Positions 43,217-53,126 of a stretch of 64,000 nucleotides of DNA are shown here, in pieces (the stretch's first letter is position 1; each line of letters begins with the position of its first letter). The position numbers were made by a program, and so were the translations under genes. Below the pieces are notes generated by a model. The model was not told the origin of the DNA. It ran no database searches and saw only the letters and a program-made list of their open reading frames with translations. Location of the stretch: assembly GCA_045117755.1 (NCBI GenBank), contig JBGUOB010000021.1:510-64509 (forward strand). The letters are read 5' to 3'. The stretch is from Candidatus Cryptobacteroides sp. (GTDB lineage Bacteria; Bacteroidota; Bacteroidia; Bacteroidales; UBA932).

Positions 43217-44165
43217 GTTCGTTCTTCTGCTCCTCCTCAAGCACGGTCTGGTAGGTCGAAGTCACGAAGCGCACGGCCGTCGGCAGCGCGCGGGCGTTGT
43301 CCTCGTCGGAAGCGGTGTGCTTCGCGAATTTGACGAAGTCGGCGCATTCGAAGACGCCCCGCAATTCCTCGCGCAGGTCCGCGGGCAGGTCTTCCGCCTG
43401 CTTGAGCGCGTCGAACAGCTCGGCCGTCGTCATCTCCGGCGCATCCACGCCGAAGCGGTCTTCGATATAGGTCTTGAGGGCATCGGTGATGCCCGAATAA
43501 TAGGCTTTCTGCTTGTCTGGCGCCCAGAACTTGTCGCCGCGCCACTTGTCCAGTTCGCGCAGCGCCACGATGTAGGCGGGATCCTTCTTCTGTTCGCCGG
43601 CCGCGGCCGTGCTCCGGCGGCGAAGCCACCAGACGAGCACCGCCACCAGGGCGGCGAGCAGAAGGACGCCGCCGATCCAGGGAAGCGTTTCCTTGAAGGT
43701 GACCGGGTAGCGCAGCTGCCCCTTGATGTCGTGGATCTGGAAAGTCGCCGTGTCCACGGGCATGGTCTTCACCTCCATGTCGAGGCCCTCGAAAACGAGG
43801 GTGTCCGTCCCGCGCAGCACGGGGATGGGCGGCAGGTGATAGGTGCCCTCCTCGAAGGGGGCCAGCACGATGCTGCCGCGGATGTTGTAAAGCTGCGCGC
43901 GGCCCTTGCCGCCGGGCTGGCGGACGCGCAGGGTCGCGGTGGTGTCGAGCTGCCAGCTGCGCACGAGCGTGAGCGTGTCGTTGCTCGCGTTCGCGAAATC
44001 GGGCAGCGCGATGGGTGTGCCCTCCGCGAGGCTGTCCAGCTGGAAGCCGTATTCGAGCTGGTCGGCGATGAGGATGGAGTCCCGGGGCTGGAGCTGCTTG
44101 AGGTAAGCCTGCCCCGCCGGGACCATGTCCAGCATGGCTGCCAGTATGAGTGTCAACACTTTCAT
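43206..44165 (-). CDS. Bat-operon membrane protein (conserved hypothetical)
   Basis: Position between DUF58 and batA; single TM; EMTT..L and ADFVKFAK motifs. Confidence 0.75.
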   Translation of the reverse strand: MKVLTLILAAMLDMVPAGQAYLKQLQPRDSILIADQLEYGFQLDSLAEGTPIALPDFANASNDTLTLVRSWQLDTTATLRVRQPGGKGRAQLYNIRGSIVLAPFEEGTYHLPPIPVLRGTDTLVFEGLDMEVKTMPVDTATFQIHDIKGQLRYPVTFKETLPWIGGVLLLAALVAVLVWWLRRRSTAAAGEQKKDPAYIVALRELDKWRGDKFWAPDKQKAYYSGITDALKTYIEDRFGVDAPEMTTAELFDALKQAEDLPADLREELRGVFECADFVKFAKHTASDEDNARALPTAVRFVTSTYQTVLEEEQKNEHEL

Positions 44166-45064
44166 CTTCGGTTGAACAGGGCCATCAGGCCCTTGACATA
44201 ATCGTCGTCCGTGGCAATGTCCACGTGATCGACCTGGTATTTGTTCAGCAGGCTCTCCTGGAGGGTCGACAGCTCGGCGAACCAGCGCTCATAGGCGGCG
44301 CGGACCTTGCGGCTGTCCGTGTTGATCCACGCTCCGTCGCCCGTCTCGCTGTCCTTGATGTGCACGAGGCCGACGGCGGGCAGCGCCCGTTCGCGGGGAT
44401 CGTGCACCTGGATGACGCTCAGGTCGTGGCGGTTCACCGCCACCTTGAGCGCTTCCTCGTAGCGGGGGTTCCCGGCGGCGTCCGTGTCGAGCATGTCGCT
44501 CAGCAGGAAGGCCGTACATTTCTTCTTGATGGCGTTCGTGAGGAACTTCAGCGCGGCGCCGATGTCCGTGCCGTCGGAGGCGGGCTGCAGCTCCAGCATC
44601 TCACGGATGATGTGCAGCAGGTGCGAGCGGCCCTTTCCCGGCGGGATGAATTTCTCGACGCGGTCGGAGAAGAAGAGGGCGCCCACCTTGTCGTTGTTGA
44701 GGATGGCGCTGAACGAGAGGACGGCCGCGATCTCCGCGATGCGCTCGCGCTTCGTCTCCGCCGCCGTGCCGAAGAGGCCCGAGCGGCTCACGTCCACGAG
44801 CAGCACCACCGTCAGCTCGCGCTCTTCCTCATAGACCTTCACGTACGGAGCACGAAGGCGCGCCGTCACGTTCCAGTCCATGGAGCGCACGTCGTCCCCC
44901 CACTGGTACTCCCGTACCTCGCTGAAGGCCATACCGCGGCCCTTGAAGGCCGAATGGTACTCGCCGGCGAAGATCTGGTGGGAGAGCGCCTTGGTCTTGA
45001 TCTCGATCTTCCTGACTTTCTTCAGGAGAGCGGTCGCACTGGTATTAAGGGACGATGACGGCAT
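44162..45064 (-). CDS. DUF58 family vWA-like protein
   Basis: GRGMAFSEVREYQWGDDVRSMDWNVTAR, EEERE, DVSRS. Confidence 0.93.
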   Translation of the reverse strand: MPSSSLNTSATALLKKVRKIEIKTKALSHQIFAGEYHSAFKGRGMAFSEVREYQWGDDVRSMDWNVTARLRAPYVKVYEEERELTVVLLVDVSRSGLFGTAAETKRERIAEIAAVLSFSAILNNDKVGALFFSDRVEKFIPPGKGRSHLLHIIREMLELQPASDGTDIGAALKFLTNAIKKKCTAFLLSDMLDTDAAGNPRYEEALKVAVNRHDLSVIQVHDPRERALPAVGLVHIKDSETGDGAWINTDSRKVRAAYERWFAELSTLQESLLNKYQVDHVDIATDDDYVKGLMALFNRR

Positions 45065-46037
45065 TGATGACCTGATCGATGATCTCTTCCGGGGTCACGT
45101 TCTCGGCTTCGGCCTCGTAGGTCAGGCCGATGCGGTGGCGCAGCACTTCCGGACATACGGCACGCACGTCCTCGGGGATGACATAGCCGCGGCGCTTGAT
45201 GAAAGCGTAGGCCTTGGCCGCCATCGACAGGCTGATGCTCGCACGCGGCGAGCCGCCGAAGGAAATGAGGTCCTTCAGGTTCTTCAGCCCGTACTCCTCC
45301 GGGGTGCGGGTGGCATAAACGATATCCACGATGTAACGTTCGATCTTCTCGTCCATATAGACGTCGCGCACGACGTTGCGGGCGCGGACGATGTCTTCCG
45401 GACTCACGACGGCGTTGGCTTTCGGGAAGCTGCCGCTGTTGTTCATCCGGATGATGAGTTTCTCTTCATCCTTCTTGGGGTAGCCCACGACGACCTTGAG
45501 CATGAAACGGTCCACCTGGGCCTCCGGGAGGGGGTAGGTACCTTCCTGCTCGATCGGGTTCTGGGTGGCCATCACGAGGAAGGGCTGCGGCAGCGCGTAG
45601 GTCTGGTCGCCGAGGGTCACCTGGCGCTCCTGCATGGCTTCGAGCAGGGCGGACTGGACCTTGGCCGGGGCACGGTTGATTTCATCCGCCAGCACGAAGT
45701 TGGCGAAGACGGGGCCCTTGTGCACCTCGAAGGCTTCTTTTTTCTGGGAGTAGATGAGCGTGCCCGTGACGTCGGCCGGCAGCAGGTCGGGGGTGAACTG
45801 GATGCGGCTGAACTTGGCGTTGACAGCCTGGGACAGGGTGCTGATGGCGAGGGTCTTGGCCAGACCCGGCACGCCCTCGAGGAGGATGTGGCCGTCGGCC
45901 AGCATCGCGATCATCAGGTTCTCCACCAGGTGCTTCTGCCCCACGATGACCTTGCCCATCTCCAGGGAGAGGAGATCCACGAAAGCGCTCTCCTGCTGGA
46001 TGCGCTCGTTGAGCTCCTTGATGTTTACACTTTCCAT
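45045..46037 (-). CDS. moxR: MoxR-family AAA+ ATPase
   Basis: EGVPGLAKT, RIQFTPDLLPAD, LADEINR, ATQNPIEQEGTYPLPEAQVDRF; likely start MESVNI at 46037. Confidence 0.95.
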   Translation of the reverse strand: MESVNIKELNERIQQESAFVDLLSLEMGKVIVGQKHLVENLMIAMLADGHILLEGVPGLAKTLAISTLSQAVNAKFSRIQFTPDLLPADVTGTLIYSQKKEAFEVHKGPVFANFVLADEINRAPAKVQSALLEAMQERQVTLGDQTYALPQPFLVMATQNPIEQEGTYPLPEAQVDRFMLKVVVGYPKKDEEKLIIRMNNSGSFPKANAVVSPEDIVRARNVVRDVYMDEKIERYIVDIVYATRTPEEYGLKNLKDLISFGGSPRASISLSMAAKAYAFIKRRGYVIPEDVRAVCPEVLRHRIGLTYEAEAENVTPEEIIDQVINAVIVP

Positions 46038-46064
46038 ATTATTCATTAATTTTGCAGTCAGCTT

Positions 46065-46886
46065 ATGCGCTATCTTGTCAAGCTTTCGTACAACGGCGCG
46101 GACTTCTGCGGTTGGCAGATCCAGCCCGATGCCCCGAGCGTCCAGCAGGCGCTCGAAAGCGCCCTGTCCACCCTCCTGCACGCCCCCGTGGCCGTGACCG
46201 GCGCAGGCCGGACCGATACGGGCGTCAATGCAATCGGCTACGTCGCGCATTTTGACGCAGCCGGGGATCTTGACACGCATCAATTATGCTACAAATTAAA
46301 TGCCATTCTGCCCCGTTCGGTGGTGATTCATGAGATCGCTCCGGCGGCCCCGGATTTCCACGCCCGCTTCGACGCCGCGCGGCGCGAATACACCTATTTC
46401 CTGCATCGGGTGAAGGATCCGTTCGTGGACGCATTTTCCTATCTCTACACCTTCCCCGGCGTGGATTTCGAGCGGATGAACGAGGCCGCGCAGGCCCTGC
46501 TGGGACAACACGATTTCCGCTGCTTCGAGAAGACCGGCGCCGACTCCAAGACCTCGCTCTGCACGGTCTCGGAAGCGGCCTGGCACCGCTACACGCCCAC
46601 GCATCTGCAGCTGACCGGGCGTGAGGGGGGAGAAGACTACTGGTATTTCCGCATCGCCGCCGACCGGTTCCTCCGCAACATGGTCCGGGCCGTCGTCGGC
46701 ACCCTGCTCGAGGTCGGGCGCGGCAAGCGCACCGTCGCCGACTTCCAGTCCCTCGTCCTCCCGGTTTCGTCCTCCGCCGGCTCCGATTCGTCATTCGCCG
46801 GCTTGACCGGCGAATCTCCCGCCCGCTCCCTGGCCGGCGAATCCGTTCCCGGCAAAGCGCTCTTCCTCAGCGAGGTCCGTTACTGA
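46065..46886 (+). CDS. truA: tRNA pseudouridine(38-40) synthase with in-frame REP insertion
   Basis: GWQIQP, GRTDTGVNA, FHARFDA, ADRFLRNMVR; -7 element TAATTTTG at 46047-46054. Confidence 0.96.
   Translation: MRYLVKLSYNGADFCGWQIQPDAPSVQQALESALSTLLHAPVAVTGAGRTDTGVNAIGYVAHFDAAGDLDTHQLCYKLNAILPRSVVIHEIAPAAPDFHARFDAARREYTYFLHRVKDPFVDAFSYLYTFPGVDFERMNEAAQALLGQHDFRCFEKTGADSKTSLCTVSEAAWHRYTPTHLQLTGREGGEDYWYFRIAADRFLRNMVRAVVGTLLEVGRGKRTVADFQSLVLPVSSSAGSDSSFAGLTGESPARSLAGESVPGKALFLSEVRY
46789..46819 (+). repeat. REP-like palindrome (CGTC-tagged), in truA
   Basis: CGTCATTCGCCGGCTTGACCGGCGAATCTCC; 1 nt different from the copy at 30963. Confidence 0.88.
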
Positions 46887-47917
46887 TCTTCCTCTGTCTC
46901 CGTATCGATGACCTGCGTCTGGCCTTCCACTTCGAAGGTCAGGGTCGCTCCCGTGTCGCGGACGTCCAGGGTGACGGGGGCGCCCATCAGCAGGGGCAGG
47001 TTCACGTCGCCGTGGCCCGCCGGGAAGCCGCACAGCACCGGGATGTCGCGGTCCTTAAGATAACTGCAGATCATTTCCTCGACGCTGTCGTAACCCAGGT
47101 TGGCCTCGCAATCGGTGAATTCGCCGAGGATGACGCCCCGGCAGCGGTCGAATACGCCGCCAAGGAGCAACGCGTTGATCATCCGGTCGATGTGGCTCAT
47201 GTCTTCTTCTACTTCTTCCAGGAAAAGAATGATGCCTCCCGCCTGGGTGGCGTCGGCTTCCGTGCTGAGGATGGGCGTGATGCAGCTCAGGTTGCCGCCG
47301 ACCAGCACGCCCTGCGCGAGGCCCGGCTGGTTGAGCGGGTGGGCGGGCACTTCGTACTGCGGAACGGTTCCGTAAAGGAGGTCGCGCAGCAGCGTGTTCG
47401 TCAGTCCTTCGCCGTGGGAACGGGCCATCAGCGAGCACATCGTGCCGTGGACGCTCATCACCCCGGCGCGGTTTTCCATCCCGTGCAGGGTGGTGATGTC
47501 GCTGAATCCGATGAGCCATTTGGGATGCTTGGCGAAAGTATTCAGGGGCAGCATCGGGATGAGGTGGATGCTGCCGTAGCCGCCCCGGATGCTCAGGATG
47601 GCCTTGATGCTCGGGTCCTTCAGGGCCCATTTCAGGTCCGCAAGGCGCTCCTTGGGCGTGCCGGCATAGTAGCCCAGGTATTCCTTGTTCGCGTTCGGCC
47701 CCAGGACTGGCTTGAAGCCCCAGGCGCGGAGGATGGCGGAGGCGGTGTCGATATTCGCCTTGGGCGTGAAATAGGCGGGCGAGATGAGGGCGATCTTGTC
47801 GCCCGGCTGCAGTGCGGACGGCTGCACGCAGGACAGCACGGCCTCGGGTTCGATGACCTTCGGGGTGCAGGACAGCAGCACCGTCGCTGCCAGGAGGAGG
47901 GGGAAGAATTTTCTCAT
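46880..47917 (-). CDS. S66-family LD-carboxypeptidase (lipoprotein)
   Basis: Lipobox LLSC; RGGYG, GFSD (Ser), GGNL, FLEEV (Glu), AGHG (His). Confidence 0.9.
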   Translation of the reverse strand: MRKFFPLLLAATVLLSCTPKVIEPEAVLSCVQPSALQPGDKIALISPAYFTPKANIDTASAILRAWGFKPVLGPNANKEYLGYYAGTPKERLADLKWALKDPSIKAILSIRGGYGSIHLIPMLPLNTFAKHPKWLIGFSDITTLHGMENRAGVMSVHGTMCSLMARSHGEGLTNTLLRDLLYGTVPQYEVPAHPLNQPGLAQGVLVGGNLSCITPILSTEADATQAGGIILFLEEVEEDMSHIDRMINALLLGGVFDRCRGVILGEFTDCEANLGYDSVEEMICSYLKDRDIPVLCGFPAGHGDVNLPLLMGAPVTLDVRDTGATLTFEVEGQTQVIDTETEEDQ

Positions 47918-47930
47918 GACGTGAAGGGGG

Positions 47931-50900
47931 TTAAGGGGCTACGGTAACCGCCGGAGCACCGTCGGCGTTCGCGCGGTAATGGGGTGCATACAGGGACTCG
48001 ATCACGGGGACGGGGCTCTGGAAGGTACCTTCCTGCGTCACGAAGTATTCCTCGGTGATCGTGGTATGCTCTTCGGGGTAGCTGTCGAACCAGAACTCGG
48101 TCCGGTCTGCGAGCACGCTGCGGTAGCCCTGCGGGGTGAAGCTGACCCAGCCGGTGATGGAGATCGGGCGGAGCCACCAGCCGTAGCGGCCGGAGAGCTG
48201 GTCCGTCGGGCGGAAGGCCGCCGGACGCGGGGCCGTGAGCCGCACGAAACTGCGGTTCTCCTCGTTCCAGATTTGATAAGTGGCTGTGATCTTGTCGCCG
48301 ACATGCAGGATGTCGCCGTCCTGGAGCGGCTTCCCGTCGCGGGTGAAGCTGCGGGAGACGGTGAACCCGTTGCCGGCTGCACGGATCTGTGCGAAGGGCA
48401 GGGTTGTGCTGGCAGACAGGGCGAGGACCTTCGTCTGCAGGGTCTCTTCCGTGCCTTGCAGCACGCTGCCGATGGCCTGGATGTAGGCGGGGTCGTCCTC
48501 CCACTGCTGGGTCTCCTTCTGGACCATGATCCAGAGTCGGATTCCCTCGGCGATGTCGTTATGGCCGCAGGCGGTCAGCAGGTCGCAGATCAGCGCATGG
48601 GCGTAGAGCTCGCTCTCGAGCAGGCCGCGCCAGGGCATGACGGCGTTCGGATAATAGGTGCCGCCGCTGCGGTGCGGCTCGGCGTACTGGAGCAGGGATG
48701 CGATGTCCTTGTCCAGCGACCTGGCGAGCCGGCCCTTGGCCAGGAAGGAAATGCCCCAGGCATGGGCGAGGGCGGTGCCGCGCGGGTCCGTGAGCAGGGC
48801 GCGCAGGGTCTTCATCCGGCGGGCCTTGTCGAAGACCTGGCCGTTCAGGCCGCGCTTGGAACCCGGCACGAGATAGGCCCGGACCTCCTTCCTGAAGGCG
48901 CGGAGCACCTTGGCGTCAGCGCCCTTCGGTGCGAAATCGACGGCCGGATACAGCGCCCGGACGTGCAGGTATTCCTCCAGGCTGAGACCGCCGCACCAGA
49001 TGGGCCGCGCGCGGTCGCCCAGGAAGCTCCGGTCGAGGTACTGGACGGCCGCCGGGAGGGCTTCCGCCAGCGCCTGCGGGCAGGCGTCGCCCAGGTTGGC
49101 GAGCCGTTCCAGCAGGGTGGCGGTGAGGATGGGCGACGAAGTCATGCCGGCGAACCAGCCGAAACCGCCGTCGGCGTTCCGGCAGGCGAGGATCTTCTTC
49201 ACCATCTCGGCGCGCTCCTCAGCCGTAGCCCCCGGACCCTTGGCGCCGGGCAGCCGGTCGAGCAGGAAGTTGGCGTAGAGTGCCTCGGACTGGTCGAGGA
49301 GGTTCTCGCAGGTCGGGAGAACCTTCTCGGGAATGGCCTCCTGGAGCATGCCCAGGATGGAAATCTCCCGCAGGGCTGTCTCCGCGCCGCGCACATTGAC
49401 GAACTCGCTGCGCAGCGCGGCGAGGACGGTTTCCCGGTCCATGCCGGCGCGCAGCAGCGCGGAATGCGCCTCCGTGATGGTCTGGACGGCCGGATGGACC
49501 GGCGTGACCACGAACACGGCGTCGGAGCCGAAGTCGGCCTCGTCGGCCGTGAAGCTGACCAGCATGCCGAGGTCCTGCAGCTTCGGAGCGGACAGCTCGC
49601 AGCTGAAATCGGCCGTGCCGTAGGCCGGGACGCTGATATGCGCCGTCTTCTCGGCGACGGTCGGGGCGGTCTTGTAGTCTTTCCCGTTGAGGAACTGGAC
49701 GGCGACGCGTCCGGCGACGGGGGCGCCCTTGCTGTTGGACACGGTCACGCGGGCGACGTAGCGGTCGCCTTCATAGAGGTATTGCGGCTGCACGACGGCC
49801 ACCTTGACCGGCAGGGTCACGACCATCTCCTGGCGGAGGGTCTCGTTGTGGAAGGCCTTGTCGTGCGCGAACAGCTGTACGTAATAGGTGGAGAGTTTGT
49901 CGGCAGTGGCGAAGCGGAAGGTCACCACGCCGTCCTCGTCGGCGCGCAGGAAAGGCTCCCAGGCAATGGTGTTCGCGAAGTTCTCGCGCACGGAGAGCTC
50001 CTCCGTGATTTCTTCTTGCTCCTCCTCTTCCTCGATGTCCAGGGCCTCTTCGCGCAGTGCGAACGCCGGAGCGGTATCGTAGAGGATCGCCTCGTCCGAG
50101 AGGGATGCGTTCTTGGCCAGGAGACGTCCGCGGCTAGACCCCATGACGATCGGAGCGCCGAAAGCATAGGCCCTGTCTTCGCCGGGCGTGGGCAGGTAGT
50201 TCACCGCCGGCAGGGAGCGGAGCGCGGGGCTGACGCTGTGCCAGACATTGTTCCGGATGGTCTCCGTGCTCTTGTCGAAGATGGTGGCGGCCACTTCGGT
50301 GCCCGCCGCCGTGCGGATGGTGAAGCTGTAGTCGTGGTGCGGCGCCGTCGTGTCCAGGAAGCGGCTGAAGCTCAGCGGCAGGCGGACGGTCTGCCTGGGA
50401 CGGTAGGAGCTGACGCTATAGGAATAGTCGCGCCCGTCGCGGAACCAGAATACCTGGAGGGTCAGGTTCTCGGGGTAGTCGGCCCGGCGCTCGAAGCGGA
50501 TGAGCTGCAGGGAGCCTTCCCGGCCGCGCTCGCCGCGCAGGCGGACGATGCGCTTCTCCAGCAGGCGGTTGCCGTCGCCGTAGAGCTCGACCACGACCCA
50601 GGCCGGCCCCGTCGTGGCACCGACCTGCAGGGCGATGCTCCGGCCGTCGTCCGCGATTTCCTTGATGAAGCAATGGACGTCCATGTCCAGGGCCGTGTCG
50701 CTGTCGGCGGCCTTGACGATCTCGTGCGTAGCCTCGTTCCGGAAGTCCTTGCCGGCATCATTGGCGGCCGTGGCGACGGCCTTGAGCTCATACAGGCCGG
50801 AGGGGAGTCCGGACAGGTCGATGGGCGTGGCCTCTCCGTTGGTCGTGGTGCCGGACAGGACAGTCTTGCCGTCGCGCAGGACGGCATATTCGATCCGGAG

Positions 50901-53114
50901 ATGCGGATGGGTGAGGGTATTCTTTTCGTAGCCCAGCTGGAAGCAGACGCGGGCCTGGTCCTCGCCGATGATGGAGCCGCCGAATCCGCGTCCGACACTG
51001 TCGAATTGGCCGGGGGCCTTGTTCAGGACGGAGATCCGGACGGGCAGGCGGGAGAAGACGTTGACAATCCGGGTGAATTCCAGCGTCTCGCCCGTGGCGT
51101 CCGTCACGCGGACGGTAACGGCCAGGCTGTGGTTGTAGTAATCGCCGTCCGGGGCCTGGAAGCGGATGCTGAAATCGCCCGAAGCTGTGGGTGCGAGTTC
51201 GCCTTCGGCCAGGACCAGGCTCCGGTCGGTGACGGTGTAGTGCGCCGTGGCAGTACCGAGCCGGTGGCCGGAATAGCTGTGGATATTTCCTTCCACGAGC
51301 ACCTTGTCCGTGGGCAGGTAGAAGCGGTCGTCGGGCTTCCAGCTGAGCTCGAAGCTGGGCAGCACGAATTCGTCCGCCCGCACCTGCGTGGAGCAGACGG
51401 TGCGCTTGCCTTCGCTGACCGAGATGCGGTACAGGCCGCCGCGCTCGCCTTGCTTGAGGACGAAGGCGCCTGCGGCCGTGCCGAATTCATTGGTGGTCAG
51501 GTCCTGTTCGCCGACGGTCTTGCCGCTCGGGTCGGTGAGGGTGGCGTGGAGCCGGATGCCCGCGGGGCGGGTGGCGTATTCGTAGGTCCCTTCGTAGAGG
51601 AGGACCTTGTAGTGCACGGTCTCGTCGGGGTTGAAGGCGCTGCGGTCGGTGATGATCATTCCGTGCTGCGTGCGCGGATTGTCGTTGCTGACGGCCTCCC
51701 GCTTCTTATAGTAAAGATCGCAGCGCCGGGTGGCGCGGAGGCGTCCGTCGAGCCGGGCGACGGCCTGGATCTCATGGCCCCAGCGCTTCTCGCCGAGGTG
51801 GCGGGTAAAGGACTCCGGAAGGTAGGTGAAGCCGTCGAGCTCCAGGCCCGCGATCTGCTCCAGCTGCTTCCCTTCGCTGTCGTAGAGGAAGAGGTCGCAG
51901 CGCTGGACCGGCTCGCCCGTGAGGTAGTCCGCCACGTAGACGCCATAGCCGTCCAGGTCGCGTTTGGTGGCGATGGAGAGGGTGTATTTGTCGTATTCGC
52001 TCTCCGTTTCCACCTTGCCGCCCGAACATTTCAGCGTGTAGGTCTTGTCGTCCAGGTCGGGCAGCCGGAGGCTGAGCGTGTCTCGGACGTAGAAGCGCTG
52101 GGCGGGGTTGTCCACGGTGGTGCTCCAGACTTCGCGCTTGCCGTCCAGGATGCGGACCTTGACGGAAGTGAGGTTGCGGGTCAGGAGGGTGGCGACGCCC
52201 TGGTCGACATTCAGCGAAAGCTGCGGGGCGGTCAGGGTCTCGAGGATCTCGTCGGCCCGGTCGGCGCAGTCGGCGATGGCCTTCTCCTCGCCCGAGAACT
52301 TCTTGCGGTCGGCGATGAGGGCCCGGCAGTCGTCGGCGAGTTGGCGGTAGTCCTCGGGACTGCCGTCGTGGCGGTTCAGGAACTCCTGGCGCGTGCGGAG
52401 CAGCCAGTCTCGCGCGAGCAGGGCGACGGCCTGGCCTTCGTGCGCCCGGGCATATTTTTTCATCTGCCCTTCGATGTCGTTCGCATCGGCATAGCCTCTC
52501 CGGATGAAATAGAATTCGACGAAGGCGTCGAAGGGGTAGCGCCCGGCGAAGTAGTCCCGGACGGCGTATTTGACGCTCGGGGTCGCGCCCTTGTCGAGCA
52601 CGCTCCAGAGGGTGTATTCGTAATCGTTGGCGATGCGGGGCAGCAGGGCCGGGGAGAAGACGTGGCCGGTGGCGTCGCTGTCGCGCTCGTAGAATTCCGG
52701 ATTGTGCGCCTGCAGCAGCTGCGCCTTTTTCTCGTTGGCATATTCCAGCAGCTGCGGCGCGCTGTGCCGGCTCCGGCGCTCGAAGAAGACGGCGACGGGT
52801 TCGCCGAACTGCTCGAGATCTTTGCGCGCCTCCCGCGTGAGCTCGTCGCGCAGCTTCCAGTTGGAGGAGCAGCGCACGTCCACGTAGGTCCAGCAGGCGT
52901 CGTAGTAGTCCCAGGCGAGGTGCCGGGCGGCGGCCTCCTTCTTGATGCGCACGAGGATGTCGGCCTGGTCCTTGGGCCGGTCGGCGTCGGACGCCTTGTC
53001 GAATTCGGCCCAGAGCCTGGTCAGCGTATGTCCCCGGTCGTCCTTGGCGCCGGCGGGAAGGGAAATGGTCATAAGGGTTATCAGTGTCAGTGTAAGTAAC
53101 TTAATGGCTTTCAT
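47931..53114 (-). CDS. alpha-2-macroglobulin family protein
   Basis: Signal peptide; TDRSAFNPDETVHYK, TNEFG, EFVLPSF (MG2), VRENFANTIAW, DGGFGWF; 1727 aa. Confidence 0.88.
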   Translation of the reverse strand: MKAIKLLTLTLITLMTISLPAGAKDDRGHTLTRLWAEFDKASDADRPKDQADILVRIKKEAAARHLAWDYYDACWTYVDVRCSSNWKLRDELTREARKDLEQFGEPVAVFFERRSRHSAPQLLEYANEKKAQLLQAHNPEFYERDSDATGHVFSPALLPRIANDYEYTLWSVLDKGATPSVKYAVRDYFAGRYPFDAFVEFYFIRRGYADANDIEGQMKKYARAHEGQAVALLARDWLLRTRQEFLNRHDGSPEDYRQLADDCRALIADRKKFSGEEKAIADCADRADEILETLTAPQLSLNVDQGVATLLTRNLTSVKVRILDGKREVWSTTVDNPAQRFYVRDTLSLRLPDLDDKTYTLKCSGGKVETESEYDKYTLSIATKRDLDGYGVYVADYLTGEPVQRCDLFLYDSEGKQLEQIAGLELDGFTYLPESFTRHLGEKRWGHEIQAVARLDGRLRATRRCDLYYKKREAVSNDNPRTQHGMIITDRSAFNPDETVHYKVLLYEGTYEYATRPAGIRLHATLTDPSGKTVGEQDLTTNEFGTAAGAFVLKQGERGGLYRISVSEGKRTVCSTQVRADEFVLPSFELSWKPDDRFYLPTDKVLVEGNIHSYSGHRLGTATAHYTVTDRSLVLAEGELAPTASGDFSIRFQAPDGDYYNHSLAVTVRVTDATGETLEFTRIVNVFSRLPVRISVLNKAPGQFDSVGRGFGGSIIGEDQARVCFQLGYEKNTLTHPHLRIEYAVLRDGKTVLSGTTTNGEATPIDLSGLPSGLYELKAVATAANDAGKDFRNEATHEIVKAADSDTALDMDVHCFIKEIADDGRSIALQVGATTGPAWVVVELYGDGNRLLEKRIVRLRGERGREGSLQLIRFERRADYPENLTLQVFWFRDGRDYSYSVSSYRPRQTVRLPLSFSRFLDTTAPHHDYSFTIRTAAGTEVAATIFDKSTETIRNNVWHSVSPALRSLPAVNYLPTPGEDRAYAFGAPIVMGSSRGRLLAKNASLSDEAILYDTAPAFALREEALDIEEEEEQEEITEELSVRENFANTIAWEPFLRADEDGVVTFRFATADKLSTYYVQLFAHDKAFHNETLRQEMVVTLPVKVAVVQPQYLYEGDRYVARVTVSNSKGAPVAGRVAVQFLNGKDYKTAPTVAEKTAHISVPAYGTADFSCELSAPKLQDLGMLVSFTADEADFGSDAVFVVTPVHPAVQTITEAHSALLRAGMDRETVLAALRSEFVNVRGAETALREISILGMLQEAIPEKVLPTCENLLDQSEALYANFLLDRLPGAKGPGATAEERAEMVKKILACRNADGGFGWFAGMTSSPILTATLLERLANLGDACPQALAEALPAAVQYLDRSFLGDRARPIWCGGLSLEEYLHVRALYPAVDFAPKGADAKVLRAFRKEVRAYLVPGSKRGLNGQVFDKARRMKTLRALLTDPRGTALAHAWGISFLAKGRLARSLDKDIASLLQYAEPHRSGGTYYPNAVMPWRGLLESELYAHALICDLLTACGHNDIAEGIRLWIMVQKETQQWEDDPAYIQAIGSVLQGTEETLQTKVLALSASTTLPFAQIRAAGNGFTVSRSFTRDGKPLQDGDILHVGDKITATYQIWNEENRSFVRLTAPRPAAFRPTDQLSGRYGWWLRPISITGWVSFTPQGYRSVLADRTEFWFDSYPEEHTTITEEYFVTQEGTFQSPVPVIESLYAPHYRANADGAPAVTVAP

Positions 53115-53126
53115 AGCGTGTCTCTA

